Shown here one piece after another: positions 13,628-27,229 of a stretch of DNA of 64,000 bases. The stretch is from Felis catus (taxonomy: Eukaryota). Within the stretch, counting starts at the first letter, position 1, and every line of letters starts with the position of its first letter. The DNA is taken from assembly GCF_018350175.1 (NCBI RefSeq), contig NC_058368.1, positions 50,841,815 through 50,905,814 of the forward strand, given 5' to 3'. Under the pieces are notes generated by a model. It was not told where the DNA came from, did not search any database, and was given only the letters and a program-made list of their open reading frames with translations. Both the position numbers and the translations under genes were made by a program.

Positions 13628-15284
13628 GCATATAAATGCTGGCTTGTGAATGATGCTTTCTTGAAGCATAATAAAAGGCAACCAGCTGTACCTGGGGCAG
13701 ATCAGTTAAAGAGTCTGAAAAACATAAAAACTTGCTCCAAGGCCTTTGCAAGGTGAATAGGAGTTTTCCAGACGCAAAAGATTGAAAAAGCATTCTACAC
13801 AGGAAAAACACTGTGAGCATTAGTATGAATGCATTAAATGATGTATTTTGTTCAGAAAACTGTGAACAATCTTATAAGAATGAGTCACATTTGTTTTCCT
13901 TTCATCCTAGCTAGATAAGATTCTTCAGAGAATAAAACACACACACACACATACACACACTTATGATTCAAGGGGAATCACAGGAGAAAGGTAAGGTTGA
14001 GGAAATGGTGTTGCTTACCTAGATTCCCTAAAACGTTCTCAAAAACGTTTGAGACATGACTTAGTGGCTCGGGATTCAAAAAACCACAGAGTAAAGGAAG
14101 AGAGGGTGTAGCTTAGCCAAAACTTGGCACTAAAGGTTCTGAAAGGCAAGGAAAGAGAAACTGTTACTTACATGGGTCACTATGCTCAGAATATAAAAAC
14201 AAACCATAAGAGGGTTCAGTTCTGGGTAAAATGGAGTAACACTCACCACCCTGTCTCTCCCACTGAATGCAGCTATAAAATCTGGACAGAATGCAGCTAT
14301 TTAAAGACTTTGAAAAGTAGCAGGTAGATTAGGAAAATGGACCAAACTCCAAAGTATGACAGTGTTTACCATTGTTTTTCTCCAGTAGCTCCGGCCAGGA
14401 CTTGGAGGAAACACTGGGAAAAGCAGGCATCAAAGTGGGAAGAGAGAGCCCCAGAAGAGGCCACTAGTTCAGCTCAGTGAGGGGGAAAGAAGTCTACTGG
14501 CACCGACAGCAGCAGCACTTGGAAGAGCAAGCATCTAAAACTCTCCAGAAGGAGGAACTTCTTTCCTGATTGGAGGAGCTGTGGTCCCAAAGGAATGGGG
14601 GGAGCCTCTGTTGCTTTTTTCCTTTCCCTGTCCTTCCACCTGTTGGCCCCAGACACGAGTGCATTCATGGGAGTGCATGGCAGTGCGTGGTAAATAAAGT
14701 CCTAAGTTTCTGACTGAAAGTCTCTGCCTGGAGACTAAAAGAATGTCTCCAAAGAACTGGAAAGCACCAGGAAGGTCCCTGAGAGGGAAGAACACAGGAA
14801 ACGGATTCCATAAGGTAACTTATGACCACTGAGACTCACCTTGAGCTGGACATGGGTGGATCTAATCCTAAACAGCAAACTAAAGACTTTAAGGACTGAA
14901 CCAAGATATACACCACCACGAAGGACCTAGAACTGGCCACTGGGTGATGCACATGTGAGATGGATATGAATAGCACTAAAAAGTCTTTGAAAATGGAAGA
15001 ATATTTAAGTCACATCCAACAGAGGATTGGTAAAAATGTGCAGCCTAAACCCAACTGGGCTGATTGTCTGCTAAAACAAAAAGTCAACACTCTCCCTTGG
15101 ACTAAAATAATATGTACAGTTTCATAGTACTCAAAACATCCAGAATACCACCCAAATCTACCCAATATACAAAGAACCAGGAAAATCTAAACTCACATGT
15201 GAAAAGAAAACACAGATGTCACCCCAAGGTGACACACATGCTGAAATTATCTGACAAAGACTTGAAAGCAGCTACTATAAATTT

Positions 15285-15366
15285 TACTCCTGAAACTAAT
15301 ATTACATGATGTGTTAACTAACTGGAATTGAAATAAAAACTGGAAACAAACAAACAAACAAACAAA
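15285..15366 (+). mobile_element. Very short 5'-truncated carnivore L1 3' tail with (AAAC)n
   Basis: 'tactcctgaaactaatattac...tgttaactaactggaatt' matches the L1 terminus at 55095-55140. Confidence 0.75.
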
Positions 15367-18072
15367 TGCACCAGTAAGAAATTGCAAACACAGTTGGAAC
15401 AAATGGAGAGATAGAAAATTTGGGCAAATAAATGGAAGATGGAAATAAGAACCAAATAGAAATTTTAGGACAGAAAAAGTATAGTATCCAAAATAAAAAT
15501 CTTACCGCATAGGCTAAATAGTGAAATGGAGATGACAGAGGGAAGATTCAATGAACTTGAACTTGAAAATAGATCAATAGAAATTATCCAGTTTAAACAA
15601 CACAGAGGAAAACTGTTTTTTTAAAAAATAAATAGCGCCTAAAGGACCTATGGGACAATACCAGAAGAGCTAATATTTATGGCATAAGAAGTCCAGAATA
15701 AAAGGAAAGAGCATAATATAGAACAAAGTATTTTTTTAAACAAATGGGTGAAAACTTCCTAAATTTTATGAAATACATAAAGTACAGTGAACCCCAAATA
15801 GGATATATTATATGTGTGTGTGTGTGTGTGTATAAATTCATGCCCAGATACATGAAAACCAAACCACTGAAAACCAAACACAAGAAAATCTCTTGAAAGC
15901 ATCCAGAGAAAAATGATGCATTGCTTATATGGGAACAATGCTTTTAATTACTATGTATTTCTCATTAGAAACCATGGAGGCCAGAAGAAGGGAGTGCATC
16001 TATAGAATATTCCTCCTGGCAACAGCAGAATACACATTATTTTTTAAATGCCCACAGATATAGCAAGATAGACCATATCCTGGACCATTATAAAATCTTC
16101 AACAAATTTAAAAGAATTTAATTCATTCTAGAGTCCTCCAGAAAAAATATATCCACGTTCTTATGGTTGCACGAGTGAATTCCATCAAACATTTAAAAAA
16201 GAACATCAATTCTAAATAATCTTTTCCAGATAACAGAAGAGAAGGAAACACATATCATTTTAGAAAGCCAGCATGACTCTCATACCAAAACCAAAAGACT
16301 GAACAAGAAAGACAACCACAGATGTAAAAATCCTCAACAAAATAGCAGCAAATCAAATCCAGCAATATATAAAAAGTATGACACATTACAAGTACAAAGC
16401 TGATTTAACATTTGAAAATCAATCCATGTATCTACAATATTTTAACACTCTATGGGAGGAAAAGCACATGTTCATATCAATTGACGCAGAGAAGACATTT
16501 GACAAAATTCAGCATCCATCATGACAAAAACTCTAAGCAACATAGGAACAGAAGAGAATGTCCTCAGACTGATAAAGGACATCGACAAGAAACCCACATC
16601 AACATCGTACTGTGTAGTCAAGTCTAAATACTTCCCTCCTAAGATAAGGAATGCAGAAAGTCCACCTTCCCACTTCTGGTCAAAATGACACAGAATTCTT
16701 AGGACAAGGCAAGAACAAAAACTAAAATCCATACACACTGGAAAGAGAGAGATAAAATTTTCTCTGTGGAAAGATGGCATGATTATCTGCATAGAAAATC
16801 CCAATGAATCCACAATAAATATACTAAGGCAAATATATGAATTTAGCAAGGATGTAGGATACAAAGTCAACACACAAAATGAATCGTATTGATATTAGTA
16901 ATAAACAATTAGAAAATGAAATCTTTAAAATATACCATTTATAATAGCTCCATAAGTATGAAATATTTAGGTATAAATCTAACCAAACATATACAGAATT
17001 TTTATACCAAAAATTACAAAATGCTGAAGAAATATATCAAAGACCTTGACAAATAGTCATATCATGTTTGTAGACTTGCAGACACTGTATTTTTAAGATG
17101 CCAATTCTCTCCAAACTAGATTTAACCTAATTTTAGTCAAAAATTTTGCAGGGTTTTTGGTAGATACAGACAGGCTAATTCTAAAATTTATATGGAAGGC
17201 AAAGGAATTAAAATAGTCGATGTGATTTTGAAAACTAAGAATAAAGTTGGAGTAATACCACCACCCCATTTTGTCTTAATATAAAGTTATAGTATCAAGA
17301 CAGTATATAATATTGGGAAAAGGAGAGACCTGGAGATCAATAGAACCAAATAGAGAGTTCATAAACAGAATCACACAAATATGGCCCGTTCGTTTCTGAC
17401 ATGTGCAAATGCTACTCGTTTTAACAAAAGGCACAGAGAAATTGGTCACTCATAGAGAAAAAAATGAACCTCAACCAAAATTTCACCCCTTATGCAAAAA
17501 TTAACTCAAAATGGATTTCAGATTTAAATACAGACTCAGAAGTATAAAACTTTCAGACAAGAAGAAGAGCAATTTTATGATGTTTTCAGTGGCAAAAGCA
17601 AAAATGGGCCAAAAGTTCTTAGATATAATGGGGGAAAAAATGAGTCAATCGAACAAATCAGCATTAAGCATGTTTGCTCTGTGAAAGATGCTGTGAACGA
17701 GGAAAGACAAGCCACAGACTGGGAGAAAATGTTTACAAATCACATATTCAACAAAGAACTTTTATCCAAAATGGGTCAAGAACTTTCAAAACTCAGCAGG
17801 AGGAAAATAAACAACCCAAGTTTTTAAGAAGGAGCGAAAGATTTGAAGGCCTCGTGAGGGAGGATACAGAAGGCAATCAGCACCTGAGAAGACGCTGAAT
17901 GTCGTTAGCTACCAAACAATTGCAGATGAAATTGCAGATGAAAGCTGAGCTGAGACACTACAGCATATCTATTAGAATGCCCAAAGCAAAATGGACGGAC
18001 AATGAGAGGCGTGGCCAGCATGCAGGGCGAGGGGGGGGGGGGGGGGGGGTGACTCACAGAGGTTGCTGGCTG

Positions 18073-18732
18073 GTGGATAAAGAAATTGTGGTTTATATAC
18101 ACAATAGAGTACTACATGGCAATGAGAAAGAATGAAATATGGCCTTTTGTAGCAACGTGGATGGAACTGGAGAGTGTGATGCTAAGTGAAATAAGCCGTA
18201 CAGAGAAAGACAGATACCATATGTTTTCACTCTTATGTGGATCCTGAGAAACTTAACAGAAACCCATGGGGGAGGCGAAGGAAAAAAAAAAAGGGGGGGG
18301 GGGGGTTAGAGTGGAAGAGAGCCAAAGTATAAGAGACTCTTAAAAACTGAGAACAGGCGTGCCTGGGTGGCGCAGTCCGTTAAGCGTCTGACTTCAGCCA
18401 GGTCACGATCTCATCGTCCGTGAGTTCGAGCCCCGCGTCAGGCTCTGGGCTGATGGCTCAGAGCCTGGAGCCTGTCTCCGATTCTGTGCCTCCCTCTCTC
18501 TCTGCCCCTCCCCCGTTCATGCTCTGTCTCTCTCTGTCCCAAAAATAAATAAACGTTGAAAAAAAAATTTTTTTTAAAAATTAAAAAAAAAAAAACTGAG
18601 AACAAACTGAGGGTTGATGGGGGGTGGGAGGGAGGAGAGGGTGGGTGATGGGTATTGAGGAGGGCACCTTTTGGGATGAGCACTGGGTATTGTATGGAAA
18701 CCAATTTGACAATAAATTTCATATATTGAAAA

Positions 18733-18767
<35 letters not shown>

Positions 18768-18775
18768 GTAAATAA
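18073..18775 (+). mobile_element. Felid L1 3' fragment, 5'-truncated, with (TAAA)n tail
   Basis: Closely similar to 53622-54026 of the full-length L1 in this window. Confidence 0.95.
18356..18590 (+). mobile_element. Young felid CAN-SINE nested in the L1 3' UTR
   Basis: TSD aaaaactgagaaca (18342-18355 / 18591-18604). Confidence 0.97.
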
Positions 18776-20284
18776 AACAGTGCAACCGCTGGAGAAAACA
18801 GCTTGGCAGTTCATTAGAAACATACCTTTGCCGTGTGGTGCCCACATTCTCACTCCTAGTTATTTCCTCCGAGAAACAAGAAACATGCCCCCATAAAAAA
18901 AAAAAAAAAAAGCTGTGTAAATGACCATAGCAGTTTTCTTCATAATAGCTAAAAACTGGAAACAACTCAGATGTCCTTCAAAGGGCGAGGAGATAAACAG
19001 TGTTACATCCACATAATGGAACACTATTCAGCTGTTAAAAAAGGAATTAATTAATGATACACACAGCTTGGATGATCCCAACGGCATCGTGCCGAATGGA
19101 AGAAGCCAGTCTCAAAAGGGTACATATTGTCTGATTTTATTTACGTGACATCGTCGAAAAGACAAAGCTGTAGCGACTAAGAACAGATCGGTGATTGGGG
19201 ATTAGGAAGTTGGTGGGGAGGTAGAACTACAAAATTAAAGCACAAGGGAGTTTGGGAGGGTGATGGAACTGTTCTGTATCCTCTTATGGTGACGCTTACC
19301 TGAAAATAGACATAGGTTAAAATTTTACTGTGCCCCTACTGACCGTACATTCTACTGACTGTACACCTCCCCAAGAGGTAAATTTTACTTTGTGTTAATC
19401 TTTAAAATAAAATGTAAAAAAGTACTGGTAAAATGCCTCTAATCTTAGTACTGAGTCCTATGTAAAATTTCTCTCATATAATATAATTTCTCTCATAATA
19501 ACTGGAGTGTAACGGACAGTAATGAATACCAAATATCCTAAGGGTGAACCTATAAAGTTATTTATTCATTAGTTTATTCATTCATTTACTCATTTACTCA
19601 ACAAATTCTTACTGAGCGCTCACTATTTTTCAAGACACTACCAGTCACAGGATTTAGCCACATGTATTATAAGACTTCAGTTTGAAACATCTTCCAGTGT
19701 GGGCTAAGGGCACAACGACAAAACACAAATTATAAAAGCAGTCCTGCATAAGCTGAACTAATACCATCTGGGTACTCCGCTATCCTTTGCCCTGACTTAC
19801 ATTTAGGATGGATTTTAGAAGATGGAGAGGAATAAATGGGTTGCAATATGTAAGTATTAGTTCTCTAGACCGAGCTTTTAATAAACGGTAAGTGGCAGAG
19901 AGTTTGAGATAATATCCCTGCTAAGTACCTGGAGCGCATTACTCTATCATTTCAGTTAAGTCCAGAGCCACTTGCTGGGGGCAATCAGCCCAGCTGGGGT
20001 GGAACCACTCACAAAAGCTGAAAAGTCTGATAAGTGCTCCAGCCCTTCGAGAAAGACAATCTGCTGGGGGAAGCAGAAATGGGAGAGGTCAGGAAAAATC
20101 TTTATAAGGGACTCAGAAACTATAACTTTGAACGATATAAATTTTAGATATATCCCACAGAATTTACTGTATCAAATGTTGAACCATATGCCAGCTCAGT
20201 ATTGGGAACTGACCACCAAAAATTATTATTTGGGTTTGGGATTTTAAAACAGTTAATTTGTAATTTGTGAAAGGTAAGGCCACT

Positions 20285-20524
20285 TGATGAACTGAATTTT
20301 GTGCCCCCCTCCAACCAAAAAAAAAGTCATATGTTGAAGCCCTAACCCCCAGGGTGATGGTATTTGGAAATGGGCCTCTGGGAGGTAATTAGGTTTAGAT
20401 GTGGTTATGAGGATAGGACCTCCATGATGGAATTAGTGCCCTTACAAGAGAAGACACCAAAGCTTCCTGTCTCTTGCTCTCTCGCTCTCCCTCTCACTCT
20501 CCCCACTCCTGCATTCTCTCTCTC

Positions 20525-20567
<43 letters not shown>

Positions 20568-20730
20568 TTTGAGGACACAGTTAGAAGGGAACCAGGAAGT
20601 GGGCTCTCACCAGAAGCCGACCGTGTAGACACCTTGATCTCAGACTTCCAATCTCCAAAACTGAGAGACATAAATCTGTTTATACCACTCAGTCTGTGGT
20701 AGTTTGTTGTGGAAACTGAGCTGAGTAACA
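20285..20730 (+). mobile_element. MaLR solo LTR (MLT1A-like) containing (CT)n(GT)n
   Basis: 'tgaattttgtgccccc...atatgttgaagccctaacccccagggtgatggtatttgga...accttgatctcagacttcca'. Confidence 0.88.
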
Positions 20731-20764
20731 TCCCACTCCTAGGTCATGACAAGAGTAAAAATCA

Positions 20765-20960
20765 TTATAATTGCTAAAATATACTGAGTGCTTAAGACAC
20801 AACATATCATTTCACCCAATCATCACAACATCCTTATAAATTAAGTACTATCATCATCCCCACTTCACAAATGGTGGAATATCTTTCCAAAGTCACCCAT
20901 CTAGTAATGGCAGGTATGGGGAGTAGGCTAGACCCTGAAAGTGCTACACTTGTCCAATGC
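20765..20960 (-). mobile_element. MIR remnant
   Basis: 'tcatcacaacatcct...tactatcatcatccccacttcacaaatg...ccaaagtcacccatctagtaatggcag'. Confidence 0.7.
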
Positions 20961-21207
20961 AAACTGACATAAGAACCATCTAAAATCTTTACTATTGACC
21001 CTGCATTAAGGTGCAAGTTCTAAGTAAGTGCCAATAACTGGGTGCGAGTGGTCTCTGTGGAGATCATTATAGTTAATCCATAAACTATTCCTATCAGTGG
21101 CAGCCACAAATAACGTTCTATGATTCCCAGAAGATTTCTCCCAGATAATAAAGTATATAACTAAAAGAGGTTAATGGTGGAATACGGTGTACTTAAATCT
21201 TTCCTCT

Positions 21208-21812
21208 AGTTGAATAACTGAAGTTTGTCAGTGCCCTCCAGGCAAAATCAATGAGGAACGCATCTATATTTAAACACCTTAGACTCTTGCCCAATGCAAT
21301 AAAGGAGACCACACACCCCGAGGAACCACGGACATCTCAGTAAGAGGATGTCAAAAAGAACTTATAACAGATATCGGGATTGCATTAGGTGACTTTGCGG
21401 AAATTTCAGGAGGTTTTGCTCTGGATTGGATCCTTCCAGGAAGCAGGAGTAATTCTATAATTCTAGAATCATATTTTAGGTAGAAGGCAAGAAGTACAAA
21501 GTCAGGCTGGAGCTGGGAGTGATAAAGAAGCAGCAGTCACTCAAAGCAGGCAGGATAGGGAAATATTCAGGATTTGGGGTTTGGCCCAGTGACCGTGTTT
21601 TGTAGACAAAATTACAGAGTGGTTTTGTTTTATGTCTCACTTCTTCATGGTCACAGAATGACCTTGTCCGATGGTGCTCTGGAAGGTTCTTGTTCCAGAG
21701 GACAGCACTAAGTCCTTGCTGTGAGACTCAGACCAGCTCCTAGAGACACCGATGCCCGCTGACAGGGCCAGGCCCACTCCCAGTTGGCCGGGGCTGCTTT
21801 TCTCTTTCTCAA
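21208..21812 (-). mobile_element. Probable old ERV1-class solo LTR (MER110/MER90-like)
   Basis: Reverse strand begins 'ttgagaaagagaaaagcagcccc...ctggccctg', a start I associate with this LTR group; about 600 bp. Family assignment is from recall. Confidence 0.5.
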
Positions 21813-22239
21813 CCTAAACCTTTCCTTTCGTTCTCATAAAATATGGCCCTGGGAAAATGAAGTTTGCAATATATCAATTAGGTAATTGGCATCGAGTTGC
21901 CTTTCAGATGGAGTGTCTAAGAAACTAATTAGCATGTAATTGTAAGGGAATAGTGTTGTCTTTTAACAAAAATGTGATAGATCACTCTCTGAATCAACAA
22001 GCTACATATTATGTAGCAGTGGGTGCCCTTTCAAAAATAACAAAACCCCTTTTAGCATTCTTCTTTGGCACACAGATTAGAAAATCATTTCTCGTGTTAT
22101 CAAAATGCATCTAAATGTTTTCTTAGTGTCCACTGAGTCTTTCCAAGGAAAAAAAGGAAAGAGGTCACAGAGGCTAAGGAAATATTTGGATTTCAGTAGA
22201 AGGGATTTCCCAGTGGCAAGTATAAAGGAAAGAGTGTGG

Positions 22240-22420
22240 GTTTTGGAGTTAGATTATTTTTGTCCAAAGCAATGGCTGGACCACATGGCATGTGTGACCT
22301 TGAGCTTGTCATTTAAACTTTCTGTAAAATGGACATAACAACTATACCTGGCATCACAGGTTAAAGATAATTGAGATAGAAAATAAAACACTCTGTAATA
22401 TCCAAAAGCATTCTAAATAC
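22240..22420 (+). mobile_element. MIR remnant
   Basis: 'gggttttggagttaga...tgtgtgaccttgagcttgtcatttaaactttctgtaaaatgg'. Confidence 0.65.
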
Positions 22421-23760
22421 TGGTCACATTGTTACCACGCATATAAAATACAGTGCTATTGATTTTAAACACATCACTGATTTCTTCAAAAGACGGATAA
22501 TGATGTAAAAAAATAAATTGATCATATCAGGGTATCCCTTTAAATTAGGCACAGAATTTTTTTGATTTCTAAAAAATTCTCTGAAATTCAAAGCCAGTTT
22601 ATATAAGATGTTTACCTCAGAAAAGTTAAAAAAGATTCTCTGAGAGTCATATTATCTCCTATCTAACTGGCTCAAAGCCATTAATGTAAAATAAATGACC
22701 CACAGTATCATATTGATTTATTATTTCATCTTGTAAAAAATATTCCAGTCCTCGGGGCTCTGAGGGCATATAATTTTCAAAGACGAATAAATAGTGAGAC
22801 TAACTTGAAATTAAAGGCACAGAAAATGGCTATGTTCTGTGAAAGCGGGTTAAATAGGAAGTTCAATCCATATGCATGTATAAACAGAGAATTGGAAGTA
22901 GGAGTCTCTGCCTGGCTCTTTAGGTGCAAAACCTTAAGGAAGAAAAGAAACAACTTAGTGAATAAACGATAGACTTGAAAGAACATGTGATGAGCAAGGG
23001 TCTGAATGAAATTCATTGGGTTGTCTGGAGGAGGCAGAAATAGAACACATGGAGACTGGTGGAGCTCAGGACAAGAGGTCCCACCATGAAGACACTGTGC
23101 ATATTGAAGCCAAGTCAGGACGCAGCGATGGCCCAGCCTCCACCAGGCAGTCCAGGCCATTGCTAACGCCCAGAAGCACCATGGGTGCAGAGTCAAAGCC
23201 CATACACCAGCCAGTCTCCTGCTGCCTACACCACAGAGCTACACCAGCTATCCTCCCCATTGGAGTTCAGCAAGGACTATCCTTTGACAGCAGCCAGCAT
23301 TGACCAATGGCCATTGACCAACCAATAGAAGTGACACCCATGAGAGTTCCCAAGGCTCTGCTTGGTCTCTATCAACCCGACTTTTGTGTAAAGTCCCCTT
23401 GTCCCGAGAAATTCACAAACTCCAGGTCTGTATGGGGATGTGAAGCATGACATCTGGTGAAGTGGTCAGGGTGCAAGAGAAACCCCACATTAGCTGCAAC
23501 TGAGCAAACCCAATCCAAGATGCCCCTCTCCAGGTAAAAATGTATGTCGAATTAATGAGATAAAAAAACAGAATTCCCATCCTCCTCCAAATATCCTTGA
23601 GGATCCCAAACTTCCAAGATAGTTGTTAGACCAAAGAGATTACCACACCGTCCTAGTCATTTCTGATCCTTACTGAGTCCCTTGATAAAGAAGTCAAGTT
23701 TTATTTGGGAAAAGTAGAGCAAATAAAGTAGACTTTCAATCAGCATTTGTCAATAATTAA

Positions 23761-23977
23761 TTTTTTTCATGTTTTTATTTATTTTTGAGACAGAGAGAGG
23801 CAGAGCATGAGCAGGGGAGGGGCAGAGAGAGAGGGAGACACAGAATCCGAAGCAGGCTTGAGGCTCTGAGCTGTCAGCACAGAGCCTGACGCAGAGCTCG
23901 AACTCACGGACCAGACCATGAGATCATGACCTGAGCTGAAGTCGGACACTCAACCGGCTGAGCCACCTGGGTGCCCC
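23761..23977 (-). mobile_element. CAN-SINE
   Basis: Full reverse copy; TSD-like 'ataattaattttt' on both sides. Confidence 0.95.
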
Positions 23978-24099
23978 TAACCGATAATTAATTTTTGTGA
24001 ACAGATACACATTTAATGGACTGCCCTGTGCGCACTCTACCCTTCCTCACTGCGCATCACCAGCAGAGTTTAGAGGCTTGACCCTGCTCCAGGGTGAGC

Positions 24100-24566
24100 A
24101 CTAAGCAGACTGTACCAACAACGGAAATGTCTTCACCCATGCGAGCATCAAGAAGCCCTCCAAAGCCAACAGCTCATGGCATTTCCGAGGAAACAGCCAT
24201 CAGTTCAGGAAGAGGCGTGTGACTCAGATCACGTCAAAGAGATATCAGGGGAAACTTTCCTGAGAGAGAGAGTCACCGGTAGAAATGTTTTCTCTCTCTT
24301 CTGCCACAATTGTTGAGAAAGCAGATAGCTTCAGGATTGAGGATTGTACCTTGAGGATTGTCAGAGATCCAGGTTTAGCCTGAAGCCTCCACTGGAAACA
24401 GCAGACAAAATGAAAAAAATCTGGATCCTTTATTGCACCCTATGCCGCTGGATCAACCTACCCTGATGCCAGCCCTGCTTCTGTTAAGTGACCGTATATA
24501 GTTCCTCAACAATTTAAGCCAGTTAAGTTTCTGTGACTTGTGACCAAAAGCAACCTAATTGATACA
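24100..24566 (+). mobile_element. Old MaLR LTR (MLT1K/L-like)
   Basis: 3' end 'gccgctggatcaacc...tttaagccagtt...tgacttgtgaccaaaagcaacctaattgataca'. Confidence 0.65.
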
Positions 24567-25640
24567 TATGGCTATGATGCCAGTTTAAGGAAATTCTATA
24601 TCTGTGGCTTTAGAGGCCAAGCCATTTCCTATACATAGAGCCAATTTTCACCTGAAAATGCATCCTGTTCTGGCATTTTCCCAAACAATGGCTTGTCCCT
24701 CAGATTAAAAACCAAAAAGAATTAGAAGGCCTCAGGAGAGGATCAGAGTTAAAACACCCTTTCTTGGCCCTGTTGCAAAGAGACCAAGTGAAGAAAGGTA
24801 TTTTCTGGAAACAGAAGTGAAATGTAGTTGGGAAGCTGGGACATGAGGGAATCTAGCTGAGATGTTCTTTTAGGAGCAATGGTCAGGTTAGCTATAGCTA
24901 TAGCTATAATATTGTATATACTGGCTGTAATTTTCTGCCTATAACTTCTGTATTTTATGCCTTTGCTTACCTAAAGTACTTTAAAATGTCCACTTTGAAA
25001 GCTCTAGTCCATCTCTGCTGTTCTAAGAGAAAATTGAAGACCTTTTAAGGGATTGAGTGTGTATCCATAATGGTATAGGAATTCAAGCGGGAAGACTCTA
25101 AGAAAAAGGAGAAAAATTAGAGCACTGGATGCTGACTACTCCCCTTTGGAGATTCTCCTCCAGGGCTTGACCCAAGAGGTCCTAGGTTTTATTTTGCTGA
25201 TGAACATCACGTCCCTTTGTGGCACTCTGCTGACCTTGGGGGGTATGTTGGATTATAAATGGACCAGACTCAGCATCTAGATGGCCCGAGCAGTCATCTT
25301 GGTGACAGGTGTATAGTCCCTGTGTAGTGTTTCTCCCCTCAAGAATGCCCAGGTTACCAGAGTTGCTGTCTAGGGTGCTCATAAAATCCTCAGGCATGAA
25401 GCACACCCAGTCTGCAGGGTGAACTCGCTTCCTCTCACGAGGCACACGCAGCTTGAAAAAGGAGGTTCTCTGAATCAGTACCAGAACACCACTTTATAGA
25501 CGTTAAGACCCTGCCCATCCATTTTAGAGGATCTTGCACATTCTAATTTCAACAGAAAATCAATATATGGAAAATAATTCATGTATCAGCACAATCAACA
25601 GTACACAAAGCAGAGACTAGTAAAGTAAGCTTTTTTATTT

Positions 25641-25675
<35 letters not shown>

Positions 25676-27229
25676 ATTTGGAGTAAAAAATGTTATGGCA
25701 ATTTTTTTTTCTCCCAGTTGCTCAGCAAAAGAAAATACAGTTTTCAGATGCCCACCTTTACTGGCTGGCTGTAGATCTATTTGACTTTAATTGCCTCTTT
25801 TTTGTAGCAATTTTAATCTGCTATATGAATGCACCAGGCTTAGTTACTAAAAAAGCTGCAGAACCATTTCATGGGGAAAACAACAAAGTCCCTGAAAGAA
25901 AACAAACCTAACAAACAAAATGCCATAGAAATTCTTAGCAATGTAATTAATGTTTTTTTTTTTAATTTGATTGGATTTTTCCGCGTGTCTCCGAGCAATT
26001 GCACACATTATCAGTTGCTTCTTGTGCAATTTTAATTCAGAGCGACAAAACTATTTTTCAATTCTAAATAGACTTTTAGAATTAGCTTACTGTTTCACTT
26101 TTACAACTTATTTCAATCCCAAATACATGTTTTATTTGAGCTTTTTAAAAAAATTATGCCATGGTATGAAATAGTCAATCTTTGCCCTCAAGTTTTGGTC
26201 CATGGTTATATTTTTCTTGTTTTAAAGTGAGAAAGCACTCAAGAGAGACACAGCAGCACTCTCCTTTAGAATGTCTCAGCTATGTACTGTATTTGAACAT
26301 GATTGATATTATGTAATGTTTTTGAGTTCTTTTGAAAACAGAAAGTCCAAGACATCAAAGAAAATCTCTTAGATATGTACCACTCCTTTGGTTAAAAATG
26401 GAAAGCTAATCTTTGGAGCAGGAATTTGTAGTGACGCCAGATCTCTGCTTTGGGTTATTATTATTTTTGTTATTGTTCAGTAACTGATTCATAGGCAGTA
26501 AAATATAGGACACCCCGAGACCCATTTTCAGCACAGCAAGCGTTATGGGATTTTGCCAGGCAACTTGCAATAACCTTACTGTGCAATGAGAGATGTGTTT
26601 CCACCCACCATGCTGAAATTGATGCCAGTAGGACTGTACTCAGAATACAGTAAAACTGAAACCAATAGGCTACACCATCTCTGGCTGGGCAGGTAAAGCA
26701 CAAAGACAGCTGAAGATTTGGTAGGGATCAGTTAATTTGGACAAGGGATACTGTCCTACCGAAATCATTTAAGTCCTAATTAAGGTCTAGGAACAACTCT
26801 TCTCAATGATCAAATTAATTACATAATTGTCAGATATTGCTTGCAAGTGTAGACAGGTCTGTTTGCATAAGGCACAAATAAATGTGATTCAGATACCCAG
26901 AAGTTCTGACTTACCAAGGTTGCCAAGATGGTCTGTGAAGAGTGGATGAGGCAGTTCACTTCCCTGATCTTTCTAAGGCCATTAGATGACAACTAAATAC
27001 AGCTAACAGAGTCATTGGTTACATCTCATTCCTTGAGGAAGGTACAGACTTTTGAGGTTACGCATTCACACATCCTCTTATTCTTCCCACAAACGTGTAG
27101 TGGGACCATATGAACAAGGCACTGTTGTAGAGGCAGACACAAGCCTGCTGTCCCGTGGCTGTCCACAAGAGGAGGAGTGACATGGACCAGGCAGCTGTCC
27201 ATTCTATTTCTACTGTAATCACGGCACGA

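Larger units (their letters stand above)
14210..19420 (+). mobile_element. Ancient L1 (L1MC/L1MD class) with 5' region, ORF1 and ORF2 remnants, internal deletions and nested younger insertions
   Basis: ORF1-like 15130-15995, endonuclease-like 16000-16135, RT-like 16140-17000 (ORF track 'LKINPC...', degenerate FADD 'ctgtggaaagatggcatgatt'), and an L1MC/MD-type 3' UTR 'gaagccagtctcaaaagg...gtgatggaactgttctgtatcct'. Confidence 0.85.

Noticed and set aside
18438..18965. 175-aa minus-strand ORF
   Set aside because: Reads through antisense L1, (TTTA)n and SINE sequence; artefact.
22960..23340. Possible old LTR or exon-like GC-richer segment
   Set aside because: No identifiable termini, TSD or family motif, and the ORFs are unrecognisable.
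25182..25445. 87-aa minus-strand ORF in non-repetitive DNA
   Set aside because: No recognisable domain, non-ATG start and no convincing exon structure.
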